The translations under genes were made by a program, and so were the position numbers. Positions 29,126 to 37,948 of a stretch of 54,032 nt of DNA are shown in pieces. Below the pieces are notes generated by a model, which was given only the letters and a program-made list of their open reading frames with translations, was not told where the DNA came from and ran no database searches. Position 1 is the stretch's first letter. Each line of letters opens with the position of its first letter. This stretch comes from Candidatus Omnitrophota bacterium. GTDB lineage: Bacteria; Omnitrophota; Gorgyraeia; Duberdicusellales; 4484-171. The DNA is taken from the NCBI GenBank assembly GCA_023135905.1, contig JAGLSE010000029.1, forward strand, positions 1-54,032, written 5' to 3'.

Positions 29126-29245
29126 TTTAATCAATGAGACATAGACTTTTGGAGAAAAATCTGTAGTCGAATAGAACCTGAGCGAGTAAAACGAGTCGAA
29201 GGATTTCGGGTTTAATTCCCGCAGTTTGCTGCGGGTTCGGTGATT
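29126..29245 (+). repeat. Dispersed structured element, copy 1 (120 nt, single-hairpin deletion variant)
   Basis: TTTAATCAATGAGAC...GAGCGAGTAAAACGAGTCGAAGG...GGGTTTAATTCCCGCAGTTTGCTGCGGG-TTCGGTGATT. It lacks the ~48 nt between the two GC hairpins of the full copies. Confidence 0.85.
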
Positions 29246-29267
29246 CCGTATAGAGAATTAGGAAAAT

Positions 29268-30158
29268 ATGAAAAAATTTTTTTTGTTTTTATGTGTTAGT
29301 TTTTTGATTTCAAGGTTAGGGTATTCGGAAAATCATTTAAATGAAAATAATAATAATTTTTTATGGGAAGTTAAATCAGCAGTAAATAAAGTTTATATTC
29401 TTGGTTCTATTCACTTGGGTAAGAAGGAATTTTATCCTTTAGATGTAAAAATTGAAGAGAGTTTTAAGAAATCAGACTTTTTGGTAGTAGAGGTTAATCT
29501 AAATGATATTGATCCTGTAATTATTCAAAATATGGTTTTTGAAAAAGGATTTTATCCCGTAGGCGAAATTTTAAAAGACCATTTATCTGGTAAGACTTAC
29601 CAATTAGCGGCTGAAAAATTTCAAAAATTAGGATTAGATATAGAATTTTTCAATGATAGTAAACCTTGGTTTATAGCGATGAATATAACGACTATGGAAC
29701 TTATGCGATTAGGATATAACCCAGAGTATGGTATAGATAAGTATTTTTTAGAGAAAGCAAAAAATAATAAAAAAATATTGGGATTTGAAACATTCGAATT
29801 TCAGCTTGGATTGTTTGATAGTTTTTCAGAAAAACAACAAGAACTTTTTTTACTTTCTACTTTAGCCGAAGTAGACCTTATATCACATGAAATGGATAAA
29901 ATGTTGTATCTTTGGAAAAATGGGGATGCAGAAAAAATGGAATTGATGTTGAGTAAGCCTTTAAAAGTATATCCGGAAATAAAGAATATTTATGATAAAT
30001 TGATTTACGATAGAAACGAAAAGATGGCTAATAAGATTGACGGTTTTTTAAAAGATGATGCTATCTATTTTATTGTGGTTGGAGCCGCTCATTTAGTCGG
30101 AGAGAAAGGAATTATTTCTATTTTAGAAAAAAAAGGATATTCTGTTATTCAGTTATAA
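29268..30158 (+). CDS. TraB/GumN family protein (secreted)
   Basis: Signal peptide, then FLWEVKS..NKVYILGSIHLG, YDRNEKMA and VVGAAHLVGEKG motifs characteristic of TraB/GumN. Confidence 0.8.
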   Translation: MKKFFLFLCVSFLISRLGYSENHLNENNNNFLWEVKSAVNKVYILGSIHLGKKEFYPLDVKIEESFKKSDFLVVEVNLNDIDPVIIQNMVFEKGFYPVGEILKDHLSGKTYQLAAEKFQKLGLDIEFFNDSKPWFIAMNITTMELMRLGYNPEYGIDKYFLEKAKNNKKILGFETFEFQLGLFDSFSEKQQELFLLSTLAEVDLISHEMDKMLYLWKNGDAEKMELMLSKPLKVYPEIKNIYDKLIYDRNEKMANKIDGFLKDDAIYFIVVGAAHLVGEKGIISILEKKGYSVIQL

Positions 30159-30189
30159 TTATTTAAATGATAAAAAAAGTTGGTTTTTC

Positions 30190-30447
30190 ATGATTCAAAA
30201 AATTGCTTTAATCTCAGCTGTAATTTTGCCTTTATGGAATATCCCCCTTATTTTTAGAATAGTAAAAAGAAAATCATCAGTAGATATTAGTTTGTGTTGG
30301 GCTATCGGGGTTTGGAGTTGTTTTGCTTTAATGCTGCCGGCGGGTTTAGTTTCTGAGGATTTAGTCTTTAAAGTGTTTAATGTTTTTAATTTTTTTATGT
30401 TTAGTATAGTGACTATTTTTGTGTTTATTTATAGAAAAAAGAAATAA
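30190..30447 (+). CDS. Small 3-TM membrane protein, PQ-loop/SemiSWEET-like (tentative)
   Basis: 85 aa with three predicted helices. NIPLIFRIVKRKSSVDISL resembles the PQ-loop signature (PQ..k..k.ks..g.S) with Q replaced. Confidence 0.5.
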   Translation: MIQKIALISAVILPLWNIPLIFRIVKRKSSVDISLCWAIGVWSCFALMLPAGLVSEDLVFKVFNVFNFFMFSIVTIFVFIYRKKK

Positions 30448-30630
30448 GAAAGGTTTCTAAATAAATATTTTTAGGTTATTTAAACTGCAAATTGAGATTA
30501 ATAGCAATATTGATTATATTAATAAAAAGTTAATGTTCTTAGTCATTAGTTTAACTTTAAAAATAAATATTGGGTAAAGTTAAGTATTGGTTTTATTTTA
30601 TCAAGGGTATTATATTTTAAAGGAGGTGTA

Positions 30631-31215
30631 ATGGTAAAAAAGATTTATAAGCGAAGAAAATTTATAATACACCATTCAATTCAAGTCAGATATATTTTGT
30701 TGAGTGTTTTGCCGGCTTTAGCTATAAGTATTTTTTGTGTTTTCTTTTTAGTTAAAAGCGGTGAAAATATGATTTTACGGTCAGAATTAGAATTAAACAA
30801 AATTAGTAAATATACCCAAATGCTTAATGAATTAGAAGGTCAGAAACAGCCTATAAAAGTTTTAGAGAAAATATTGACTTTAAAAATTGAGTTATTATCT
30901 TTTCAGAAAAGTATGCAAAAGACATACTTATCTAATTTTATGGAATGGATAAATATTTGTATGCAAATTCTTATTGGTTTATTTATTGTTTCGTTTCTTG
31001 TAATGATATTGGCAATTATATATTCGCATCGTATTGCCGGGCCAATTTATAGAGTTAAAAGGTATTTAGATATGATGGCTGAAAGCAATGACCTTCCTCC
31101 TCCGATATCTTTTCGTGAATATGATGAATTTAAAGAAATAGCAGACTCAGTAAATAAAGTTATTGAAAAGATAGATACTGAATCAAAACGACGGTCATCT
31201 AAGGATTTGAAGTAG
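30631..31215 (+). CDS. Two-TM membrane protein with HAMP-like linker
   Basis: GGAGG SD, two TM helices flanking a ~70-aa outside loop, then IYSHRIAGPIYRVKRYLDMMA...EFKEIADSVNKVIEKI, which is HAMP-like. No output domain. Confidence 0.6.
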   Translation: MVKKIYKRRKFIIHHSIQVRYILLSVLPALAISIFCVFFLVKSGENMILRSELELNKISKYTQMLNELEGQKQPIKVLEKILTLKIELLSFQKSMQKTYLSNFMEWINICMQILIGLFIVSFLVMILAIIYSHRIAGPIYRVKRYLDMMAESNDLPPPISFREYDEFKEIADSVNKVIEKIDTESKRRSSKDLK

Positions 31216-31524
31216 ATATCTGTGGGTTTGAATTTATAAAGCATAGTCATTATTTGTTATGTTGGATAAGATAAGATAAGAAAATCTCATACTTTATAGG
31301 ACATAATAATATTTGTTACTATAGTAGTAGCTCGACTTATTGATTTGTAGGGTAATGCTAGAAAAATTAGTGAAGAATCCAATGCTGATTTTATAAAGTC
31401 TGGCTTTATAAGGATAGCATAAACATATTAGTTAATTATATAAGTAGGTATGAGCAAATCATTCAAGATGAACCTTTTTTGAAAGATTTATTTTATAGTT
31501 TTGAAGTTATGGAAATAGCTGAAA

Positions 31525-31665
31525 GAGAAAAATCTGTAGTAGAATTGATCTTGAGCGAGTAAAACGAGTCGAAGGATCACGGGTTTAATTCCCCGCAGTT
31601 TACTGCGGAAAAGTTATTTAGAGGAAACCTTCGATACCTCGTGGCTTACTGCGGGGTAGTTGATT
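31525..31665 (+). repeat. Dispersed structured element, copy 2 (5' ~25 nt diverged or truncated)
   Basis: GAGAAAAATCTGTAGTAGAATTGATCTTGAGCGAGTAAAACGAGTCGAAGGATCACGGGTTTAATTCCCCGCAGTTTACTGCGG...CCTCGTGGCTTACTGCGGGGTAGTTGATT. Confidence 0.85.
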
Positions 31666-31808
31666 AAAGCGTTGGGTGTCTTAGCTTTGTTGGTAGTGGA
31701 GAAAACTAAAGGTTTAGGAGACTTGAATTTCAAAGCCTGTCTGCGAGGCAAGTAGGAAAAAAATTTGGTAATATTTGTTTTGATATCTAGTTTAGCAACA
31801 AAAATATC

Positions 31809-31836
31809 TTGCCTAAACGAGTCTCTATGTTATAAT
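31809..31836 (+). promoter_or_regulatory. Candidate sigma70-type promoter for tRNA-Phe
   Basis: TTGCCT (31809-31814), a 16-nt spacer, then TATAAT (31831-31836), about 40 nt upstream of the tRNA 5' end. Confidence 0.4.
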
Positions 31837-31875
31837 TTTTATATTTTAATAACTAATATTAGGCTTTATATAGAT

Positions 31876-31948
31876 GGCGAGGTAGCTCAGTTGGTAGAGC
31901 GAGGGACTGAAAATCCCTGCGTCAGGGGTTCAATTCCCTTCCTCGCCA
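31876..31948 (+). tRNA. tRNA-Phe (anticodon GAA), no encoded CCA
   Basis: Hand-folded cloverleaf: acceptor GGCGAGG/CCTCGCC, D arm GCTC-AGTTGGTA-GAGC, anticodon arm AGGGA-CTGAAAA-TCCCT, T arm AGGGG-TTCAATT-CCCTT, discriminator A followed by CTT. Confidence 0.93.
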
Positions 31949-31953
31949 CTTAT

Positions 31954-32122
31954 TTTAATCGATGAGACTTAGATGTTTCGGAGAAAAATCTGTAGTCGAA
32001 TTGATCTTGAGCGAGTAAAACGAATCGAAGGATTTCGGGTTTATTTACCCACAGTTTACTGCAGAAAAGTTATTTAGGGGAAACCTTCGATACCCTCGTA
32101 ACTTGCTACGGGGTAGTAGATT
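31954..32122 (+). repeat. Dispersed structured element, copy 3 (most diverged full-length copy)
   Basis: Starts 6 nt after the tRNA-Phe 3' end. TTTAATCGATGAGACTTAGATGTTTCGGAGAAAAATCTGTAGTC...GGGTAGTAGATT. Hairpin 1 carries two disrupting substitutions (CCACAG/CTGCAG). Confidence 0.85.
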
Positions 32123-32315
32123 TTAGGTTTTAAAAAAAATGATAATTACTATTAATTTTTGAAAATAAAGTTGTTCATAAAGCAGTAAAACAAAAATACG
32201 TTTTTATTTATTTGGCGAACCATTTTCTATTTTAGAATGTAACGTCTGATGAGGGCTCTTTAATTAATATCTAAGTTCTATTATACAAATTTAATATATA
32301 CATTATGTCTTAATA

Positions 32316-33800
32316 ATGAAAAAAGTAGTAATTTGTATCTCTTTTGTCCTGCTTATAACATTCCATAAAACTTTTCCTATTTTTAATCAAATCAATGGTT
32401 TAGAAGATGCTCAATTTAAAAGAATAGCTGTTTCAAGGTTTGATTCTAGTTTTTTGTATGCGGCATCGAATAATTCATTGTTTAAAAGCAAAGATAATGC
32501 TGAAAGTTTTTTAAAAGTTGCTGTATTTAAAGGTGAGGAGATACAGCATATTTTTTTTGACCTATATTTAGCAGATGTTATATATATATGTACAACGAGA
32601 CATCTTTTTAAATTTAAGGATAAATTAGAAACACTATATTCAGCTCCTGATGACCAAAAAATATATACAGCAGTAAAAAATAAGGGGATTATTCATATTG
32701 GGACAAGTCAAGGGATATATTCTTCTGCGGAAGATTTTCTGAGTTGGAGTAAATTAAAAAGTTTAAGAGAAAATTCTATTTATTGGATAGAACCGGATCC
32801 TCAAAATGATAGAGTATTAATTGCTTCGGATAAAGGAGTGTATACTTTATTAGCAAATGATAATGTTGAGAGGATTTTTGTTTTAAGACAGGAAAAAGAG
32901 GAAGATCGGTCTAGGTTGATTTCTAAGATTATAAAGATTAATGTTTTCAATAGTAATGAGATTTGGTTGGGAACAACTAAAGGATTATTTGTTTCAAAAG
33001 ATTCCGGGATTAATTGGAAAAAATTATATATATCAGGCATAAGTAATTTAGAGATTAACTCTTTAGAGCAGACAGAATTACAGAAAAATACCCTTTATTT
33101 AGGCTCGAATAATGGTTTTTATGAAATTGATATTATTAAAAATAAATCTAAAGAAATATTTGAAGGACTTTATTCTACAAATATATCTTGGGTAAGATTT
33201 AATTCCTTGGGAGAAATATATTTGGCTACTAAAAAAGGGTTGTTTAAAAATCATTACTTTACGTCTTCTTATAAAAACAATACCCTCGAAATAATTTTAA
33301 AGAAAGAACCTTCTATCCAAGATGTTCAAGAACGTGTAATGCGATATAATCACGTGCATCCTGAAAAGATGGAACAATGGAGAAACTCCTTGAGATATAG
33401 GGGGCTTTTCCCTAAAGTAGATTTAAATTACGCTAAGACCATTTATGGGACTGCAGGTACTAGCACTTATGATGGAAAATCTTTTGTAGGACCTCGGGAC
33501 TGGGGTGTTTCTTTTTCTTGGAATATAGGGGATCTGTTGTGGAACAGTTATGAAGATGATGTTGATACAAGAGCCAGGCTTAATACCCAATTGAGGTTAG
33601 ATATACTTGATGAGGTTAATAGAGTTTATTTTGAGAGGTTAAGATTGAAAAAAGAGATAGATGATGCTAATTTTGAACCGGAAAAATTGTTTGAGAAAAA
33701 AATGAGATTAAAAGAACTTACATCAATCCTGGATGGATATACAGGGGGATATTTTTCTGATAGATTAAAACAGCTAAATGAGATGGTGTATGAAGATTGA
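32316..33800 (+). CDS. Secreted BNR/Asp-box beta-propeller-like protein with a helical C-terminal region
   Basis: Signal peptide. Repeated G(T/S)xxG(I/L/V)(Y/F) blades, including a canonical Asp-box SKDSGINW and degenerate ones (SKDNAESF, SAEDFLSW). The C-terminal ~150 aa are helical (LRLDILDEVNRVYFERLRLKKEI). Confidence 0.6.
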   Translation: MKKVVICISFVLLITFHKTFPIFNQINGLEDAQFKRIAVSRFDSSFLYAASNNSLFKSKDNAESFLKVAVFKGEEIQHIFFDLYLADVIYICTTRHLFKFKDKLETLYSAPDDQKIYTAVKNKGIIHIGTSQGIYSSAEDFLSWSKLKSLRENSIYWIEPDPQNDRVLIASDKGVYTLLANDNVERIFVLRQEKEEDRSRLISKIIKINVFNSNEIWLGTTKGLFVSKDSGINWKKLYISGISNLEINSLEQTELQKNTLYLGSNNGFYEIDIIKNKSKEIFEGLYSTNISWVRFNSLGEIYLATKKGLFKNHYFTSSYKNNTLEIILKKEPSIQDVQERVMRYNHVHPEKMEQWRNSLRYRGLFPKVDLNYAKTIYGTAGTSTYDGKSFVGPRDWGVSFSWNIGDLLWNSYEDDVDTRARLNTQLRLDILDEVNRVYFERLRLKKEIDDANFEPEKLFEKKMRLKELTSILDGYTGGYFSDRLKQLNEMVYED

Positions 33801-34827
33801 TAAACCTATAGTTTTGATTCTTTGCGGAGGAAGATCTCTTCGGCTATGGCCGTTGTCTCAATATAAAAGTAAAAATTTCATAGATATCTTTGGGGTTTCT
33901 CCTTTAGAAATAACAATAAAAAGATTTTTAAAAGTTACACCTCTAGACAATATTTATTTGGTTGCTAATAAAAATGAAAAGAAGTCTTTGGAGAAATTGA
34001 AATTATTGAATAAAAAAAATATATTTTTTGAATCTGAAGGCAAAAATACCGCAGCTGCAGTCCTTTTATCATTATTAAATTTAAGAAAATATGCAAAAAA
34101 TAATATAATAATCGCGCCGGTGGATGCTCTTATCAAAAAAGAAAAAAGTTTTTATTCGGCTTTGAATAAATCTTTTAAAGCGGCTAGCGACGGATGGTTA
34201 TGTTCCTTAGGGATCAAGCCGTTAACCCCGGATATTAATTTCGGTTATATCCTGGCTAAAGTCGATTCTGGTAAAAAAGCTAAAGGTATTTATCCGGTTA
34301 GCAAATTCATTGAAAAACCTGAGCTTGATTTGGCAAAACTGCTTATATCCAAAGGAAATTGTTATTTTAACAGCGGAATGTTTATTTCTAGGATTTCAAC
34401 ATTGCTTGAAGAATATAAAAAATATTATTATGGTTATGACCGATTTGTAGAAAATTTTGATAAAGGCACTATTTCTGTTTTTTATAAAAACATTGAGAAT
34501 ATTCCTTTTGATAAAGTAATAATGGAGAAAACAAAAAAAGCTGTGGTTATTGAAAGTAATTTTTCTTGGAAAGATTTTGGTAATTGGCAAGCTATTTACG
34601 AAGTTTTACCAAAGGATAAGAATGGGAATGCAAAAATAGGAAATATCTGTATTAATAAAAGTACAAATAATTTAGTTTATATAGATAATTCTAAAAAGAA
34701 AATTTTAGTTATGGGTATTGATAATATATGTTTTGTTGATACAAAAGAATATACTCTCCTTACTACTCGAGACAAATTAGATAATATTAAGTCGGCTTTA
34801 TCTCATATGAATTCAGATAAGTGCTAA
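33790..34827 (+). CDS. Mannose-1-phosphate guanylyltransferase-like nucleotidyltransferase
   Basis: ILCGGRSLRLWPLS (GG.G.RLWPLS) NTP-transferase signature. It lacks the C-terminal PMI/cupin domain. ATG at 33790 is preferred over 33778. It overlaps the upstream stop. Confidence 0.78.
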   Translation: MKIDKPIVLILCGGRSLRLWPLSQYKSKNFIDIFGVSPLEITIKRFLKVTPLDNIYLVANKNEKKSLEKLKLLNKKNIFFESEGKNTAAAVLLSLLNLRKYAKNNIIIAPVDALIKKEKSFYSALNKSFKAASDGWLCSLGIKPLTPDINFGYILAKVDSGKKAKGIYPVSKFIEKPELDLAKLLISKGNCYFNSGMFISRISTLLEEYKKYYYGYDRFVENFDKGTISVFYKNIENIPFDKVIMEKTKKAVVIESNFSWKDFGNWQAIYEVLPKDKNGNAKIGNICINKSTNNLVYIDNSKKKILVMGIDNICFVDTKEYTLLTTRDKLDNIKSALSHMNSDKC

Positions 34828-34846
34828 TAGATTAAATGTATAAGCT

Positions 34847-34880
34847 GCTCCACCGACTTTAGTCGGGGGAGCAATTTTAC
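34847..34880 (+). terminator. Rho-independent terminator
   Basis: GCTCCACCGAC-TTTA-GTCGGGGGAGC (10 bp plus 1 mismatch) followed by AATTTTACTTTT, 20 nt after the manC-like stop. Confidence 0.7.
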
Positions 34881-34949
34881 TTTTAATAAATTCATAATAA
34901 TAGAAGTTATTTTTAATTAAAGAAAATTAGTTTTTAAGGAGTTCATTAA

Positions 34950-35879
34950 ATGAGCTATTTTTACGGACCGGTTCCGTCAAGAAGATTAGGTTTTTCTTTA
35001 GGGGTAAATTTGCTGCCTAAAAAAGTATGTTCTTTTGATTGCTTGTATTGCCAATTAGGGGGCACAGAAAAAAAAATTATGCGGCGTTTTTCTTTTGTAA
35101 ATCTAAATAAGTTAACGACAGATATTAAACCGATCATCAAGGCTTATCCGAATATTGATTATATAACTATTGCCGGTTCCGGTGAACCTACTTTACATAA
35201 AGATTTAGATAAAATTATAAGCAGGTTAAAGAAAGCAACTCAGAATAAGTATCCGGTTTGCGTTATTACTAATTCTTCACTTTTATATAGAAAAGATGTA
35301 AGAAAAGAATTATTACTGGCAGATTTAATTATTCCTTCTTTAGATTCAGTAACCGAGGAAACTTTTAGTAAAATAAATAGACCTCATGAAAAAGTAGGGT
35401 TAGATAAAATTTTGGACGGTTTATTTAAATTAAAAAAAGAGTTTCATGGTAAGCTTTGGCTTGAAATAATGCTTATGGAAGGATTTAATTGTAATATTAA
35501 AGAAGCTAATAAGTTCAGAAAGATTATTAAAGAATTGAAGCCTGATAAGGTTCAACTAAATATTCCGATGAGACCTTCAGGATTAAATATTGTAATACCT
35601 GATGTTGATAAGGTAAAGAAGATTAAAAGATTAATACTGGAAGGATCAGAAATCGTTTCTGAGTTTAAAAAGAAAAAAGAATCAGGATATAGACTTTGTT
35701 CGAAAAAAGGTTCTATTTTAAGGTTTTTAAAAGTTAGGCCCGGTACGGTAAAGGATTTAAGTCGGGCATTAAATATTGTTTCGAAGGATGTAATCAGACA
35801 ATTAAATGTGTTGATAGATGAACAATTAGTAAAGGAATCCGTTAGAGGGAAAAATAAATATTTTGTGAGTAATGATTAA
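34950..35879 (+). CDS. Radical SAM protein (COG0731-like) with a C-terminal winged-helix-like tail
   Basis: N-terminus YGPVPSRRLGFSLGVNL and the CSFDCLYCQ CxxxCxxC cluster motif, followed by GSGEPTL. Confidence 0.8.
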   Translation: MSYFYGPVPSRRLGFSLGVNLLPKKVCSFDCLYCQLGGTEKKIMRRFSFVNLNKLTTDIKPIIKAYPNIDYITIAGSGEPTLHKDLDKIISRLKKATQNKYPVCVITNSSLLYRKDVRKELLLADLIIPSLDSVTEETFSKINRPHEKVGLDKILDGLFKLKKEFHGKLWLEIMLMEGFNCNIKEANKFRKIIKELKPDKVQLNIPMRPSGLNIVIPDVDKVKKIKRLILEGSEIVSEFKKKKESGYRLCSKKGSILRFLKVRPGTVKDLSRALNIVSKDVIRQLNVLIDEQLVKESVRGKNKYFVSND

Positions 35880-36534
35880 AGAAAATATAGAAAATATTCT
35901 TAAGGATTTACCTCCCGGTGTGAAGATAGTCGCTGCGGCTAAGGAAAGAAGTGTTGATGAAATAAGAGAAGCTATAAGTTCTGGAATAAAAATAATTGGT
36001 GAAAATTATATTAATGAGGCTCGTTCTAAATTTGAAGTTATAGGAAAAGAGGTGAAATGGCATTTTATAGGGCATTTACAAAAAAATAAAGCTAAATATG
36101 CTGCCACGATATTTAATGTTGTAGAGACATTAGATTCTTTGGAATTGGCTGAAGTCCTGGATAGGGAGTGTTGGAAGATAAATAAAATTATGCCGGTTTT
36201 TTTGGAGATTAATTCTGCTTCAGAACCACAGAAGCAAGGGATATTGATAGAAGAAGCTGAAGGCTTTCTAGATAAAATTTTAAGATTTAAACATTTAAAG
36301 CCCAGCGGTCTTATGACCATGGGTCCATTTAGCGATAATCCCGAGGAGTTACGGCCTTTCTTTAAAAAAACAAAAAACTTATTTGATAAAATTAAATTAA
36401 ATTATGGGAATATTTTAGAATGGAAATACCTTTCTATGGGCATGAGCTTTTCGTATCAGATAGCTATTGAAGAAGGAGCTAATATTGTAAGAATTGGTGC
36501 TGCTGTTTTTGGACCAAGAAAACAGAAAATTTAA
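35872..36534 (+). CDS. yggS: YggS-family pyridoxal-phosphate homeostasis protein
   Basis: VAAAKERS (PLP-Lys region), IGENYINEA, WHFIGHLQKNK and LSMGMS motifs. 8-nt overlap with the upstream gene. Confidence 0.88.
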   Translation: MIKENIENILKDLPPGVKIVAAAKERSVDEIREAISSGIKIIGENYINEARSKFEVIGKEVKWHFIGHLQKNKAKYAATIFNVVETLDSLELAEVLDRECWKINKIMPVFLEINSASEPQKQGILIEEAEGFLDKILRFKHLKPSGLMTMGPFSDNPEELRPFFKKTKNLFDKIKLNYGNILEWKYLSMGMSFSYQIAIEEGANIVRIGAAVFGPRKQKI

Positions 36535-36595
36535 GTTTTTTATTTTATGTAGAAATAAATTAAAATATTTCTAATATAAAAATACTTTTTTGAGG

Positions 36596-36760
36596 TTTAA
36601 TCAATGAGACTTAGATTTTTCGGAGAAAAATCTGTAGACGAATTGATCCTGAGCGAGTAAAACGAGTCGAAGGATGTTGGGTTTAATTCCCCGCAGTTTA
36701 CTGTGGTAAAGTTATTTAGGTGAAACGTTCGATATCCCGCTTGCTACGGAGTAGTTGATT
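36596..36760 (+). repeat. Dispersed structured element, copy 4
   Basis: TTTAATCAATGAGACTTAGATTTTTCGGAGAAAAATCTGTAGACGAATTGATCCTGAGCGAGTAAAACGAGTCGAAGGATG...CCCCGCAGTTTACTGTGG...GTAGTTGATT. There is a 3-nt deletion in hairpin 2. Confidence 0.88.
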
Positions 36761-36820
36761 GTATGAATGCATTTTTAGAATGCGTACTTTGGTTTTTAAA
36801 ATAAGCTATAGCAGAAAATA

Positions 36821-37102
36821 AAAAGTGCTTATGACAGTTTATTCGTTGCGGTAGAATTAGTAATAGTAGGCAATATTATTGATTTAGGTATAAAAATTTG
36901 ATTAAATTTGAAAAAGAATCAGAAGATTTTTTTAAATATTATAATAAGGCAGATTCAATAATAAGTAAAGATCAAGGAAGTTTTGAAACTTTATCCGGAG
37001 TTGGTAAGAAAATACATTTTTATTGAGAGCAAAATGCCTTGTTGTAACTAAAATTTAGGATGCAAATTAGGAGATACTGTATTAGAATATAGTTTGTTAT
37101 AG
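36821..37102 (+). pseudogene. Eroded DUF89 (damage-control phosphatase ARMT1-like) remnant
   Basis: Reads KSAYDSLFVAVELVIVGNIIDLGIKI*, then ADSIISKDQGSFETLSGVGKKIHFLLRAKCLVVTK, a frameshift, then NLGCKLGDTVLEYSLL*. This is colinear with the DUF89 motifs aGN.iDfg and KGQGNYETL...FLLKAKC.V.A..LG...GD.V. A large internal deletion, a stop and a frameshift are present. Confidence 0.6.
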
Positions 37103-37240
37103 TTGTCCATGCCTGCCGATTGGCAGGAAACAATATACAAGTATCAGGAATTAATAAGAAAAATCAAAATAAGTTAAAATGATTAGGTGTAATTATTTTA
37201 AAAGAGCAAATAAACGGTTTTATTATAAAAAAGGTGATAT

Positions 37241-37948
37241 ATGAAAATTGAAGTAATTTTTGAAAAAGAAAAGATAGCTGATAAATATTCTTGTGGGTGG
37301 GGAGCTTCATACCTAATAGATGGAAGAATCCTTTTTGATACCGGTGAGAAATCAGAATATATTTTGAACAATATGAATTTGCTTGATGTGGATATTAGTA
37401 AAATAGAGAAAATTGTTATATCTCATAATCATTGGGATCATATAGGCGGTGTTTGGGAATTATTAAAAATAAATAAAAACATTGAAATTTTTGCTTGTTT
37501 AGATTTTCTAGATGAATTTAAAGATAAAATTGAAGCATATGATTTTAAATTAATTAGTTCTTCTCAGAAAATAATAGAAGGTGTTTATACTACCGGTGAT
37601 ATAAATATTGAGACTAAAGATAGTTCTTTTCGGGAGCAGGCACTTGTGATTAAGACCGAAAAGGGGCTTTCTATAATTTGTGCTTGTTCCCATGATGGCA
37701 TTTTGAAATTTATTCGTAAAGCTAAGGAGATGTTTGTAGATGAAAGAGTCTATTCAGTAATAGGAGGATTTCACCTTATAGATGCAGATAGAAGAACTAT
37801 TAATTATGTAATAGAAGAGAGTAAAAACGCCGGGGTAGAGAAGGTTGGTCCTTCTCATTGTACTGGGTTTGAGGCTATAAGTTTATTGAAAGAGAAATAT
37901 TTAAATAATTTTTTGGAAAATAAGGTGGGTATTAAATTAGAAGTATAA
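37241..37948 (+). CDS. MBL-fold metallo-hydrolase (COG1237-like)
   Basis: ILFDTG...ISHNHWDHIGG (HxHxDH) metal motif, plus later His/Asp ligands (CSHDG, GGFHL, PSHCTG). Confidence 0.82.
   Translation: MKIEVIFEKEKIADKYSCGWGASYLIDGRILFDTGEKSEYILNNMNLLDVDISKIEKIVISHNHWDHIGGVWELLKINKNIEIFACLDFLDEFKDKIEAYDFKLISSSQKIIEGVYTTGDINIETKDSSFREQALVIKTEKGLSIICACSHDGILKFIRKAKEMFVDERVYSVIGGFHLIDADRRTINYVIEESKNAGVEKVGPSHCTGFEAISLLKEKYLNNFLENKVGIKLEV

Noticed and set aside
31587-31660. CRISPR mini-array reading of the two GC hairpins within each element copy (GGGTTTAATTCCCCGCAGTTTACTGCGG ... CCCCGTAGCTTGCTACGGGG).
   Set aside because: There are only two repeat-like units per locus and they differ from each other. 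The ~20-30-nt sequence between them is conserved across copies, so it is not a unique spacer. No leader or cas genes are present. The resemblance is kept as a note within the repeat finding, not called as a CRISPR feature.
31765-31965. 66-aa track ORF across the tRNA-Phe locus.
   Set aside because: It reads straight through a canonical tRNA-Phe cloverleaf (31876-31948). It starts at a non-ATG codon with no SD, so it is an artefact.
36646-36676. Hammerhead-like words in the element core (CTGAGCGAG...CGAAGG).
   Set aside because: The core does not fit the CUGANGA...GAAA hammerhead consensus (wrong base at the invariant G8 position and no complementary stem II). No other small-ribozyme core was recognised.
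36673-36695. tRNA T-arm look-alike GGG-TTTAATT-CCC inside the element, suggesting a tRNA-derived SINE-like origin.
   Set aside because: Only a 3-bp stem is possible, the T-loop C56 equivalent is T, and no acceptor, D or anticodon arm equivalents are found around it.
37112-37127. Hairpin CCTGCC-GATT-GGCAGG after the DUF89 relic, considered as a terminator.
   Set aside because: It has a 6-bp stem and no T-run on either strand. It may be a leftover of the decayed gene's terminator, but it is not callable.
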